DNA of 64,000 bases from Albugo candida (GCA_040437565.1 JBDOQK010000026.1:62001-126000); one strand, 5' to 3'; positions 32,727-44,021 are shown, numbered from the stretch's first letter. Program-made: numbers and translations. Notes: generated from the letters alone by a model not told the origin.

Positions 32727-35700
32727 CTAATTAAAAAAATACTCACTCTGTAATACATTGCGTAACTGTAACTCGCCCAATTTCGGTATCTTTCTGAATT
32801 TCGTAGTTGGAAAACGTAACTCCAATTGCTCTAATAAATCTTCTAAAAGCGGGCGCTCGTACAATCGCACAAATTCCTCCCGCAACCGCTTGTTCATCGT
32901 TTCAACCGAGCAAGCATGCGTCCAATAGCTATCATGCACTGCTGCGAATGCGATGTCATCCTCTTCCAAACACTTTTTTGCTGTCATCAACATATGCGTT
33001 GAATCCAAAGAATGCACGAAATTAGGCGGAAATGCTGTTTTCTGACGACCTGGACTGACTGGTAGATGATCCGTCGACACCATGAGGACATGCTGCACCT
33101 TTGTTCGAACTTGCTGGCATCCAAATCGCCGNNNNNNNNNNNNNNNNNNNNNNNNNNNNNNNNNNNNNNNNNNNNNNNNNNNNNNNNNNNNNNNNNNNNN
33201 NNNNNNNNNNNNNNNNNNNNNNNNNNNNNNNAACTCCAATTGCTCTAATAAATCTTCTAAAAGCGGGCGCTCGTACAATCGCACAAATTCCTCCCGCAAC
33301 CGCTTGTTCATCGTTTCAACCGAGCAAGCATGCGTCCAATAGCTATCATGCACTGCTGCGAATGCGATGTCATCCTCTTCCAAACACTTTTTTGCTGTCA
33401 TCAACATATGCGTTGAATCCAAAGAATGCACGAAATTAGGCGGAAATGCTGTTTTCTGACGACCTGGACTGACTGGTAGATGATCCGTCGACACCATGAG
33501 GACATGCTGCACCTTTGTTCGAACTTGCTGGCATCCAAATCGCCGATACGGCTGAACTACCGGTAGACCTAAAGGCGTGATCCAAGACATGAGCTGACCT
33601 TCTTCAGCTACCTTCGAGGCACAATCACCGAGCCATTCCATAATGTTACGAGCAGATGTGAACAAGTTACGTAACGATTCCATTGTTATTTCAGCTGCAT
33701 AACAAGATGAGTCATAAATCTGTTGATCCATTTCTTCGTCCGATAAACTCCCATTGGAAATATTCGCTTCCTGGAGACGGGCCTGTATCTGCTTCCGCGC
33801 TCCAATGAAGGTGACGCCGTATACGCTCGTCATCACGGTCTGCTTGACCACTCGACGTGTGATTGTACCAAGCAAAAACGTTGCGCATCGCTTCCGATGA
33901 GCGAGAGAGATTTTTCGCTCGGGAGTGGCATCTTCAGGAATCTCTAAATTGGCATCTCGATTTACTATATTCATCACTTGTTCGGCAACTTTTATATATA
34001 CATCTCCGGGCCGTGACGCAGGAACAAGATTCACTTGCTCACCACCTTTGAGATCTCGACCGAGAGCCGCGTAATGTTGCAATCCGTTACAGGATCCGTC
34101 TTGATGTACCGGTATGTTGGATAAGTACGTTTCTGGATCGGGCGATTCTAAAGCTCGTTTCAGTTCAAAACAGACACCGAGAGCTAGGAATGGATACTCT
34201 GCTGTTTTCCACCATGCTGCTTCGCCGATTCCATGTGGATCGCTTGCAGAGGCAAATACTTTGGTGAGATTGGATTCTGTAAACGCTACACGCTCATCGA
34301 ACGGGCACTTGTCGACCCCAAATACATTGGCAAGATGAATTTTAAGCCACCGTAACCCATCTTTACCAAGCGGTTTGCGATCACGAAAAAGAAGAAGACT
34401 TCGTGACATATCCGATCCAAGATGATTCAAATTAGGCGGAATTGGGTACACACGTCCTCGGAAATCTAAATTGTACGGAAAGTAAATTTCTTTTTCATTT
34501 CGAAATTCTTGAGCCACTTGTAATTTATATAATGTATCACAACGAAGTGAGTGCAGTTCGCGATTTCGTTGTCTAACCTACGAACAGAGGCATTGTTAGA
34601 ATTTATATCATTGGATAAAAACAGAGCAGGAGGAGATGTGAGGGATACAAAGCTTATGCAAGTATTCTTGCGGTGAGCTTGATCCCATATAATGTGGCAA
34701 TCAGTTTGAACCAGGCAAGGTACACACGTCACCTTGCTGGCTTGATTCTATTGCAGTTTTCGCTCACTCCGTACTCTCGACACATTATTTTGGACCTACC
34801 TTGGCGTGTGCTTTCAGCAATGCTTGACGCTTTTCAGGATCTTCCTCTTCTTCTGGTTTACTAGTTGGAAGAGGATAATCCTCCCGCGTTGGTAAGTCAC
34901 CAAATCCACCACCTTCTTGCCAGATTCGTAAAATCACGTCCAGAATCTCATGATTGATCACCCAAGGAACCTCAGCCAGCAAATTTAAGGTCGTAAACAA
35001 TTCATTCAATGGTGCACGTTTGACACAATCCATCTGCCACACTATGTCTCGCTGACGCATGATTTTGGTGTGTAACTTAAGATACCCTCCATTATTAGGA
35101 TTTTCCCACCGTTTTGGTGGCACTAACATTGGCAGATACCGAGCTGTCCACGGTAAAACGTTCAAGCCCGGATCGGTATTCAGAATCAGATTGAAAATGG
35201 TATCGTGAATTTTGAACATGCCTGAACGACGATTTCGATCATAGTAATAACAATGAACGAAAGCTTGCTCTTTCTTTGGTATCCTCTCTGGATTGTACAT
35301 CTCGATATCGCCATGCGCTTTTTTATCAGCTGCCATTAACAAACGATCCGGAACATAACAAGATCGTTGGATAAAGTCGATCAGAGCTGCTCCCACCTTG
35401 AGATTCAATCGTTTGTCCCATACTCCAACTGTTGTGTACACGTCTTCCATATGCTTCCGAAATACATCATTTTGAATGCCTCGTACCAGTGATAAGAAGT
35501 ACTTTTCTTCATCTTTCCGCTTTCTTTTGTTCTCAGCGATGTGTTCTTGAACGATATTTCCCAATGCGAGTGCAAGCTTTATAAAGCGTATCCCTTTTGA
35601 TTCCATGAGACAATTATTAAGCATTGTGTTGATAGTAAGTGCGGCAAGTACTTTAGCATCCAGTAATAGAAGCGCGGGTCCGTAAATGGTACTATCCAAA

Positions 35701-37559
35701 CTCCGTTTTCCAGCAAGCACATCGCGCTGTTCTTTGGCGATAAGAGATATTGCGGGCTCCATCCATCCAACCACGAGATTTTGAGCGGCGTTTACTTGCG
35801 AGGCTCGTCCTAATTTCCCGACGTCTTGACGGACTGACAAATGCTTTTCAACCGCCATATCGTAGATAGCACATTCCAAACGAATTTGACGAGCAAACAA
35901 TCGCTTCAAGTCTTTTAGCTCTTGCTGTGATTTGCATTTTTGTATCTGTTCCGGTGGAATGTTGTAATTCTGTAACCACCTTTCGACTTCTTCGTCGCTG
36001 ATGTATTGTCGACTGAAGTAAGTACGGTCGTTCGAATGTTCCTCTAAGTTAAAATCCTTTAAAATCGATGAGAGCCCGTCGTTCGTTTTTTGCATCACTT
36101 CGTTGAGCCCTGGGCGTAGAGATTGTCTTGGTACCATGTTCTGTGCATGGTCAGCCCAATCCGCATCTGGGATATTACTTGCTTCTGTGGTTGCTTGCTG
36201 TATTGCATTTTNNNNNNNNNNNNNNNNNNNNNNNNNNNNNNNNNNNNNNNNNNNNNNNNNNNNNNNNNNNNNNNNNNNNNNNNNNNNNNNNNNNNNNNNN
36301 NNNNNNNNNNNCGGTAAAACGTTCAAGCCCGGATCGGTATTCAGAATCAGATTGAAAATGGTATCGTGAATTTTGAACATGCCTGAACGACGATTTCGAT
36401 CATAGTAATAACAATGAACGAAAGCTTGCTCTTTCTTTGGTATCCTCTCTGGATTGTACATCTCGATATCGCCATGCGCTTTTTTATCAGCTGCCATTAA
36501 CAAACGATCCGGAACATAACAAGATCGTTGGATAAAGTCGATCAGAGCTGCTCCCACCTTGAGATTCAATCGTTTGTCCCATACTCCAACTGTTGTGTAC
36601 ACGTCTTCCATATGCTTCCGAAATACATCATTTTGAATGCCTCGTACCAGTGATAAGAAGTACTTTTCTTCATCTTTCCGCTTTCTTTTGTTCTCAGCGA
36701 TGTGTTCTTGAACGATATTTCCCAATGCGAGTGCAAGCTTTATAAAGCGTATCCCTTTTGATTCCATGAGACAATTATTAAGCATTGTGTTGATAGTAAG
36801 TGCGGCAAGTACTTTAGCATCCAGTAATAGAAGCGCGGGTCCGTAAATGGTACTATCCAAACTCCGTTTTCCAGCAAGCACATCGCGCTGTTCTTTGGCG
36901 ATAAGAGATATTGCGGGCTCCATCCATCCAACCACGAGATTTTGAGCGGCGTTTACTTGCGAGGCTCGTCCTAATTTCCCGACGTCTTGACGGACTGACA
37001 AATGCTTTTCAACCGCCATATCGTAGATAGCACATTCCAAACGAATTTGACGAGCAAACAATCGCTTCAAGTCTTTTAGCTCTTGCTGTGATTTGCATTT
37101 TTGTATCTGTTCCGGTGGAATGTTGTAATTCTGTAACCACCTTTCGACTTCTTCGTCGCTGATGTATTGTCGACTGAAGTAAGTACGGTCGTTCGAATGT
37201 TCCTCTAAGTTAAAATCCTTTAAAATCGATGAGAGCCCGTCGTTCGTTTTTTGCATCACTTCGTTGAGCCCTGGGCGTAGAGATTGTCTTGGTACCATGT
37301 TCTGTGCATGGTCAGCCCAATCCGCATCTGGGATATTACTTGCTTCTGTGGTTGCTTGCTGTATTGCATTTTTTCGCGCTGAATAAATAGATGAAGATTT
37401 ACAGCGATAATAGCTTGCAAATACGCCTTGTCTTTGCGATGATAGGTACCCTCCCAATGACGAATGCGTGCTTGATGTGGATAGGATGAGGCTATTATGA
37501 TAGACACCTTGACGGGAGCGTCGTGTGAGGCTCTGTAACATTCGTGGAACCGTCACCAT
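32727..37559 (-). CDS. POLRMT: Mitochondrial T3/T7-like single-subunit RNA polymerase
   Basis: NLDFRGRVYP, PVHQDGSCNGLQHYAAL, RRVVKQTVMTSVYG, FPPNFVHSLD and AVHDSYWTH, plus a presequence-like N-terminus. One 222-nt intron (34799-34578) joins ...KAHAK to VRQRNRELHSLRCD. Duplications at gaps 33132-33231 and 36212-36311 are artefacts. Confidence 0.96.
34634..34755 (-). ncRNA. Candidate intronic box H/ACA snoRNA
   Basis: Hairpin, H box (ACATTA, 34695-34690), second hairpin, then ACA (34639-34637) plus 3 nt; about 122 nt. It is co-oriented within the RNA polymerase intron, with 14 nt from the upper-stem base to the H box. Confidence 0.8.
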
Positions 37560-37755
37560 TCGCGTTTTAATAGTGCCAAATCCGCGACGAGTTTTGCTCC
37601 ATTCAATTATCAGCTCGAACGACGATACTGATTTATGACGAATCAAAGACGTCACTTCATTTTTGCTTTCTTTTGCCCAATCGAAATGTATTTCCAAGCA
37701 TCATTTATAACCAATCCACACACCGCGCAAGCATCGATGTATCCTAAGACTGGTA

Positions 37756-38634
37756 ATGTCGCACGTATGTCAACATGATACTACCACATCGTATGTAGAT
37801 GATCCCGCTTTAGCTGCTTGCTGTCAACGTGACGAGAGCGTACGCAAGCACGCAGAGAAAGTGAAGGAATTGCTCCTTTCTTTTGATAGAACAACGGCAC
37901 GAGTTCAGCAGAGAAGGGCGATTGTGACGCCGCCAGTAAATGATATATGTCACGTAAAAGAAACGGTCTTATGCGTTGCAGAAGACGATTACGATAGCGA
38001 AGAATTCGATGAAGGATTGGAAGAGATTTATGCAGCAAGACGCACAGAGCTTCGAATAAAACAACAGGAAATGCTACAATGTGCCGCACAAGGTTACGGA
38101 ATTGTTGCTCAAGTGGACTTGTGTACTTTTCTTAACAACATATCACGCGATGATCAAGTTCTTGCTGTTATAACGGATACAACTTCTCCGTTAAATCGCG
38201 CCATCCAAGAGCAGTTATCTTCAACTGCACAAAAGTATCTTGGGACCCAATTTTCCTTGTCCGTTGCAGCAAGCGTTGAGAATGTGACGTCACGATTATT
38301 CAATACATCCGTGGGGGTACCTTGCGTCGCAGCATTTCGTGATAGAAAACTCGTAAATCAAACATCTCTAAAAATCAATTCCGACGTGAACGTCGCGGTA
38401 TATTGGGAAGCTCACGTGTTACAATGGCTGCAAATGTGTCATATCTTAAACATTGATCGATCTGTTTCAAATATACAAAAACAGCAACTGGAACAAAGCA
38501 CAGATCAAGATACCAAAATTGAATCAGGTTATGACTGCGGCGTCGAAAAGTGTCGACTACGTTACAGCTACGAACACGAACATGTTGCGCCTTCCGATAG
38601 CACGAAACAAGAAATTTCCGCATGGCGCAATTAA
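37756..38634 (+). CDS. Phosducin-like / thioredoxin-fold protein
   Basis: LEEIYAARRTEL...QGYG, AQKYLGTQF and VPCVAAFRDRKLV, with Cys/His-rich termini. The 3' end is repeated at 38744-38924 after the gap. Confidence 0.75.
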   Translation: MSHVCQHDTTTSYVDDPALAACCQRDESVRKHAEKVKELLLSFDRTTARVQQRRAIVTPPVNDICHVKETVLCVAEDDYDSEEFDEGLEEIYAARRTELRIKQQEMLQCAAQGYGIVAQVDLCTFLNNISRDDQVLAVITDTTSPLNRAIQEQLSSTAQKYLGTQFSLSVAASVENVTSRLFNTSVGVPCVAAFRDRKLVNQTSLKINSDVNVAVYWEAHVLQWLQMCHILNIDRSVSNIQKQQLEQSTDQDTKIESGYDCGVEKCRLRYSYEHEHVAPSDSTKQEISAWRN

Positions 38635-39041
38635 CACTTGTATNNNNNNNNNNNNNNNNNNNNNNNNNNNNNNNNNNNNNNNNNNNNNNNNNNNNNNNNN
38701 NNNNNNNNNNNNNNNNNNNNNNNNNNNNNNNNNNNNNNNNNNNTGTTTCAAATATACAAAAACAGCAACTGGAACAAAGCACAGATCAAGATACCAAAAT
38801 TGAATCAGGTTATGACTGCGGCGTCGAAAAGTGTCGACTACGTTACAGCTACGAACACGAACATGTTGCGCCTTCCGATAGCACGAAACAAGAAATTTCC
38901 GCATGGCGCAATTAACACTTGTATCTCAAACATAACATCGTCCTATCGTCAATTCCGAACTATGTCTCATGTTGAAGTTGATAACTGAAACGGCACAATG
39001 ATACTTTTTTCTATTATTTTTGTGCTCTATTTCGACGTCTA

Positions 39042-42000
39042 ATGCATTCCGATGTGACTCACAGCTCTTCGTCTTCTACTGACTGCTCCAAGAACGACTT
39101 AGATGTGCGTTTGACAGCATACCTTCCGGCTGCCGTCCGCCGGTTTCTAGAGCAGCAGCAAGAGACTGATACCCTCCCTTACATTCATTCCACAACGGTA
39201 GTTGCAATGTTCGCTGATGTCTCCGGCTTTACAGCGATGACCGAATCACTCGCAGAACGAGGTCCAGTAGGCGCTGAGGTGCTAGGAAAGCATCTCAATT
39301 CTTACTTTGAGCAAATGCTTCGTCTTATTTCAAGCGCAGGCGGAGATGTATTCAAATTCGCAGGAGATGCGATGCTTATATTTTGGCATGAGAATAAAGA
39401 AGACACATTCCAAAGCCTTCTACGACGCTGTCTACAGTGTGCTTTACGAGTACAGTCCCACTTGCATCAAGCAGAATTGGCGCCAGGAGTGGTACTTAGC
39501 GTAAAAATGGGCATAGGGTTTGGAAATGCTACGATTGCCCATCTCGGTGGAATTTCAGATGGTAGTACTTCTAGATTAGAATACATTGCAGTGGGACCTG
39601 CTTTAGAACAAGCTTTCCGTGCTGAGCACGAGGCAGCACCTGGGGATGTGATATGTTCCTCCGAATGCTGGGTCCTCGTACAGACTTTTTTTCAAGGTAA
39701 TACTCATACAGCGAGTTCTTCCGTCCCATGTAACCTATCGGAAGGCTCAGCATCCACGACATCATTCCATTTTCGTCAAGAAAAAAAACCATCGATTTCC
39801 CATATACAGCGGCGCTCTGTAATTGACACCCCATCCAGTGAGAAGCTGTACAAGATCCACGCCGTCAAAGTCCCCATCCGAGTCAATTCCCGACGTGTGT
39901 CTTTCACAAGAAGTGACAGTACATTATATGCACGTATGAAGCAGTACGTTTCTCGCGCGGTGTGGCCATACATCAATGCACTCGACGAATTTTGGGGATC
40001 CGAAGTGCGCGATGTGACGGTGGCGTTTATCAATTTAGGATTCAGTGAGCAGGATTTGGCCAAAGTGATGGATCAAAAGGTGATTCAGCGCCTTCAGGAT
40101 GCCTTCGCATTGGTCCAAGACGCAATTTTCGAGTACGAGGGAACCATTAATAAATTTCTTGTCGATGATAAAGGTAGCACTGTAATCGCAGCTTTCGGCC
40201 TTCCACCTGTTTCTCATGAAAATGACCCAATTCGAGCGATTTTGGCGTCACTGAAAACCTGTGGGTCATTGGGTATTGTTGGGCTCAAAGCTTCCATTGG
40301 AATCACTTCAGGTGCAGCGTTCTGCGGAGTCGTTGGACATCAAGGTAATCGTCGCGAGTACACTGTCTTGGGTGATATTGTCAATCTGTCAGCTCGATTG
40401 ATGCAACGGGCGAAATCGGAACGTGGTGGCGTCATCACTGACGAAGCTACAAAGCTCCTGGCAGAAGATGTGCTTCACTTTGAGCAGCGGCCAGAGATAA
40501 TGGTCAAAGGCAAACACGACAGTATAAAAATCCATCGACCGTATCCCCGAATGTCTATTTTGATGGAACATCATTTACACTCTGCATCCAAACCCTCCAG
40601 TATCGCTTCAGATGTCAGTGGCCATATTCAGCGAACAAAGCCGATGGCCAATGTGATGCTAACTATGCATTTGGTGCAAGTACGGGATGCGAAACGCTGG
40701 CATTCTCTCCAAGGAAGAGCGCATAAGACGATACCAACCGATATTGTGGAAAGTGAGTGTTTTCAACAAAACACAAAAGCCATTCTCGATCAATGTACTG
40801 GCCTGAATCGAGCGACGCGCAATGGAGCGATCATTTTGCAAGGCGATATTGGAGTTGGGAAAACTATACTGACGCGAAATGTTTTGACAAAGCCTCTTCC
40901 TTGTCGGGTTCTCTCAGCGACCGCTAGCGCTTTTGCGATACAAAAACCATACGCAGTTTGGATCGATCTTCTTGCAGAATACGTCCGACAAGAATCACAA
41001 TCGCCAAATAATTCGAATCGCCGGGGATCCGATACGACTCTGCAGCCTGAGGAACGTACTCCATCGAGTATACAAACGTTGGCATCCTGTCGCTCGCAAA
41101 GTGTACGCCGTCGATTCCTCTTCTCACCGCCAAAACCAAGAAAACAATCGGCTCCCAATCTCACGAAAAGCTCCATTCCGATAACAACGGATCGAGAGAC
41201 AGAGTGCGCTTCAGAGAATCCTTTCGATTTTGGAACATTTTTATCGGAAAAGGTAGCGCACCTCATAGCTTCTGATAAGCTCACTGAGGTAGCATGGAGA
41301 TTGAATGAGCTTTTTGCAGAAGCCAACATGAGCTCTACGACTGCAAATACCTCCAAATGTGACGATCCTGCGCCCAGCGAGATTTTCGATAATCTGCAGG
41401 ACTCAATCGAATGGTTTTTCTCACTTTTGAGAAATGAATTTAAGGCTTCGGAAGGCGCTAATGACAACCAAATAAACCCGAACGATCTCGAGGATGAGGA
41501 TGATGACCAACTGGATGAGATTGGATTACTACTTCTCTGTGTGCTGCATGCAATATCGCGTGATCGACCCATCTTCTTGAGCCTCGATGACGCCATGTAC
41601 ATTGATCCATTGTCCTGGAAGCTTATACCCTTCGTGGTCAATTACTTTACCAATTGCTTGACGCTTTTAGTAACTCGCCCTCCATCCAGAACCTCAACGG
41701 ATTCGACACAAAGTTCTTCGTTTGCAGTGTATTTGAATCGCTTGGGCGATTGTAAGCGATTTCCAGGCACAACCATCCATCGACTTCGCTTATTACCACT
41801 GAACGCGCAACAAACAGGAAAAGTCGCAATGAAGAATTTACAAGTCGACGAGCTTCCGGAAGAGCTCATCGCCATATTGATCTACCGATCCCAAGGAAAT
41901 CCGCTGTTTTTGAGTGAGATAATCCGTGCAATGAAGCAACGACAAGCGGTACACTTTTATGTTTCAGTCATCTCATCAAAAACTAATTTTTTTTCTCTCA

Positions 42001-44021
42001 GATTCGAATCAATGAAAAGCGTCGAACGTGTGCTTTGCACCTACAGACTCCATGGGACGATAAAAACAACACATCTTCGTGTTTCCATTGTCACATTGAA
42101 CTGCAAACTTCCAAAGAAAAACATCGATGCAAATGTTGTGGGTATGTGTTTTGTGTCACGTGCACACCCAAAGCCTGCCGCAAGTACGTCTCTGTCCGAT
42201 GGTATTTGCATGTTCTCACTCGGTGATAGAAAATTGTTAGGAAGCACAGGTGACCCGGTACGTCATTGTCGGAATTGCTACACGCTGACATCGACTCGGA
42301 GAGCTAGCTCGGGATCGGATCCATCTCTCCATCAAAACTTGACCGGATTCCATACTCGTTCTCATCGGTCGAGAAGTAAGATGCGTGCCGCATTAAGACG
42401 GACAAAAGAACNNNNNNNNNNNNNNNNNNNNNNNNNNNNNNNNNNNNNNNNNNNNNNNNNNNNNNNNNNNNNNNNNNNNNNNNNNNNNNNNNNNNNNNNN
42501 NNNNNNNNNNNCACGCTGACATCGACTCGGAGAGCTAGCTCGGGATCGGATCCATCTCTCCATCAAAACTTGACCGGATTCCATACTCGTTCTCATCGGT
42601 CGAGAAGTAAGATGCGTGCCGCATTAAGACGGACAAAAGAACCCGACTCGAGAAGTACTATACCCCGAAAAGAATCCGTACCCAAGTCGATTGGAATTCC
42701 AGCAGCATACAAAAGCCCACGGCAAGTAGCAGTACAGCCTCCGTACAAAATCAAGTCGATCCTCACAACATTGCTCGATCAACTCACTGTATCTCAGCGA
42801 ATGATTATGAAGACAGCCAGTGTTATCGGGAAGGCTTTTGACAAGGAATTGTTACGGGCATCGTGTCCTATCCAGGCGCATTTATCGAGATTTACAGAAG
42901 ACGTAGACACTTTGGAACGTCTTTGGATGATACGAAAGATTGAGACATTCGTTGGCGGTGCCCCTCGGAGGAATACCGGCTCTTTGAGTACGTCCGAATC
43001 GGATCGAGGAAATGACTCAAGCAATCGACTGGAGGAGCGACTTAAGGTCAAATATGAGTTCACACACGGATTCATTCAGGAAGTGCTTCAGAGCCAAATG
43101 CTTTGCAGCCAACTGGACAAATTGTCATCACGGATCACAGACGCACGCGAGCAAAAGGAAAAAGAGCTTCGACATATTTTTTTCGAAAAATCAAAAGATG
43201 CTTTTGGGAAAGCTTATTTATCGTCCGGCGGCTATCGACCAATTGATAGTGTCATTGAGCGCAAAGCTCCAATTCCTCCATTTACGGTGGAAAGGGACGA
43301 TGTATGTATCGAGGGGAATAACGGGAGTGAAGAACGACTTTCGACACGCTTTCGACCAGAAATCACGACAATGGAGGATGAGGAACGATCGAGTATTGTA
43401 TCGATTTTCAATCATTTGAGCCAGAGCTACTCCAGTCGGACATTAACTTCCAATGAGACTGAAGACACCACATTTGCGCGATTAAAGACAGGTTGTGTAT
43501 ACGTTCGAAAACACACAAGTGTTTTCTCGCACTTTAAGTGGAAAGGTCTGGGCAATGGACGTCTTTGGAAAAAGCGATTTGCGGTGCTAAAGAGCACTTC
43601 ACTCGTTTTATATTATGACCGCAATGACACTAGCGGGACGGTGGAGCCCTTATCCAAAAGCAGCAAACATAAGAAAGAGCGGAATCCAGAATCAACTCTG
43701 GAAATCTCGGCGACCGGAAGTAATAATTCAACATTTGAGAGTATCATGGAGCGGGAATTCGGAAAGGAGAGAAAAGGAAGTGTTTCTACGATGACTGGAT
43801 CACGTCGATGCCGTCTTCTGCACCTCAAACATGCAAAAGTTGGATATTGCGACCCGGATGCGGTCTATAAAGTGAACTGTTTCCAATTACAAGTTCAAGA
43901 ATGGACCAAAGGAAGACATTTGATGAAGCAAAGTCGATCGTTTCTTATTGGTGTGCCGAATGAATCAGATTTGGATGGATGGTTGTATATGATTAAGTAC
44001 GCTATTGAGTCGATAACGTGA
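39042..44021 (+). CDS. Soluble (ADCY10-like) adenylate cyclase: two class III cyclase domains + STAND-type P-loop NTPase + FYVE-like finger + PH-like domain
   Basis: FADVSGFT, FKFAGDA, INKFLVDDKG, EYTVLGDIVNLSARLM; Walker A GDIGVGKT, Walker B LSLDDA, SQGNPLFLSE; ASVIGKAF and YEFTHGFIQE; C-terminal WKKRFAVLKSTSLVLY...DLDGWLYMI. Introns at 41949-42001 and 42184-42229. Confidence 0.9.
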   Translation: MHSDVTHSSSSSTDCSKNDLDVRLTAYLPAAVRRFLEQQQETDTLPYIHSTTVVAMFADVSGFTAMTESLAERGPVGAEVLGKHLNSYFEQMLRLISSAGGDVFKFAGDAMLIFWHENKEDTFQSLLRRCLQCALRVQSHLHQAELAPGVVLSVKMGIGFGNATIAHLGGISDGSTSRLEYIAVGPALEQAFRAEHEAAPGDVICSSECWVLVQTFFQGNTHTASSSVPCNLSEGSASTTSFHFRQEKKPSISHIQRRSVIDTPSSEKLYKIHAVKVPIRVNSRRVSFTRSDSTLYARMKQYVSRAVWPYINALDEFWGSEVRDVTVAFINLGFSEQDLAKVMDQKVIQRLQDAFALVQDAIFEYEGTINKFLVDDKGSTVIAAFGLPPVSHENDPIRAILASLKTCGSLGIVGLKASIGITSGAAFCGVVGHQGNRREYTVLGDIVNLSARLMQRAKSERGGVITDEATKLLAEDVLHFEQRPEIMVKGKHDSIKIHRPYPRMSILMEHHLHSASKPSSIASDVSGHIQRTKPMANVMLTMHLVQVRDAKRWHSLQGRAHKTIPTDIVESECFQQNTKAILDQCTGLNRATRNGAIILQGDIGVGKTILTRNVLTKPLPCRVLSATASAFAIQKPYAVWIDLLAEYVRQESQSPNNSNRRGSDTTLQPEERTPSSIQTLASCRSQSVRRRFLFSPPKPRKQSAPNLTKSSIPITTDRETECASENPFDFGTFLSEKVAHLIASDKLTEVAWRLNELFAEANMSSTTANTSKCDDPAPSEIFDNLQDSIEWFFSLLRNEFKASEGANDNQINPNDLEDEDDDQLDEIGLLLLCVLHAISRDRPIFLSLDDAMYIDPLSWKLIPFVVNYFTNCLTLLVTRPPSRTSTDSTQSSSFAVYLNRLGDCKRFPGTTIHRLRLLPLNAQQTGKVAMKNLQVDELPEELIAILIYRSQGNPLFLSEIIRAMKQRQAVHFYVSVISSKTNFFSLRFESMKSVERVLCTYRLHGTIKTTHLRVSIVTLNCKLPKKNIDANVVGMCFVSRAHPKPAASTSLSDGICMFSLGDRKLLGSTGDPVRHCRNCYTLTSTRRASSGSDPSLHQNLTGFHTRSHRSRSKMRAALRRTKEXXXXXXXXXXXXXXXXXXXXXXXXXXXXXXXXXXTLTSTRRASSGSDPSLHQNLTGFHTRSHRSRSKMRAALRRTKEPDSRSTIPRKESVPKSIGIPAAYKSPRQVAVQPPYKIKSILTTLLDQLTVSQRMIMKTASVIGKAFDKELLRASCPIQAHLSRFTEDVDTLERLWMIRKIETFVGGAPRRNTGSLSTSESDRGNDSSNRLEERLKVKYEFTHGFIQEVLQSQMLCSQLDKLSSRITDAREQKEKELRHIFFEKSKDAFGKAYLSSGGYRPIDSVIERKAPIPPFTVERDDVCIEGNNGSEERLSTRFRPEITTMEDEERSSIVSIFNHLSQSYSSRTLTSNETEDTTFARLKTGCVYVRKHTSVFSHFKWKGLGNGRLWKKRFAVLKSTSLVLYYDRNDTSGTVEPLSKSSKHKKERNPESTLEISATGSNNSTFESIMEREFGKERKGSVSTMTGSRRCRLLHLKHAKVGYCDPDAVYKVNCFQLQVQEWTKGRHLMKQSRSFLIGVPNESDLDGWLYMIKYAIESIT

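Noticed and set aside
35151-37372. Duplicated N-terminal domain of the mitochondrial RNA polymerase (also 32817-33545)
   Set aside because: Identical copies flank N gaps; assembly artefact.
32727-37559. Phage or viral RNA polymerase insertion
   Set aside because: It has a spliceosomal intron and a presequence-like N-terminus, and no viral neighbours. It is the ordinary nuclear-encoded mitochondrial enzyme.
40790-41641. 283-aa antisense ORF within the cyclase, and similar shadow ORFs elsewhere
   Set aside because: These are antisense shadows of real coding frames with no recognisable domain.
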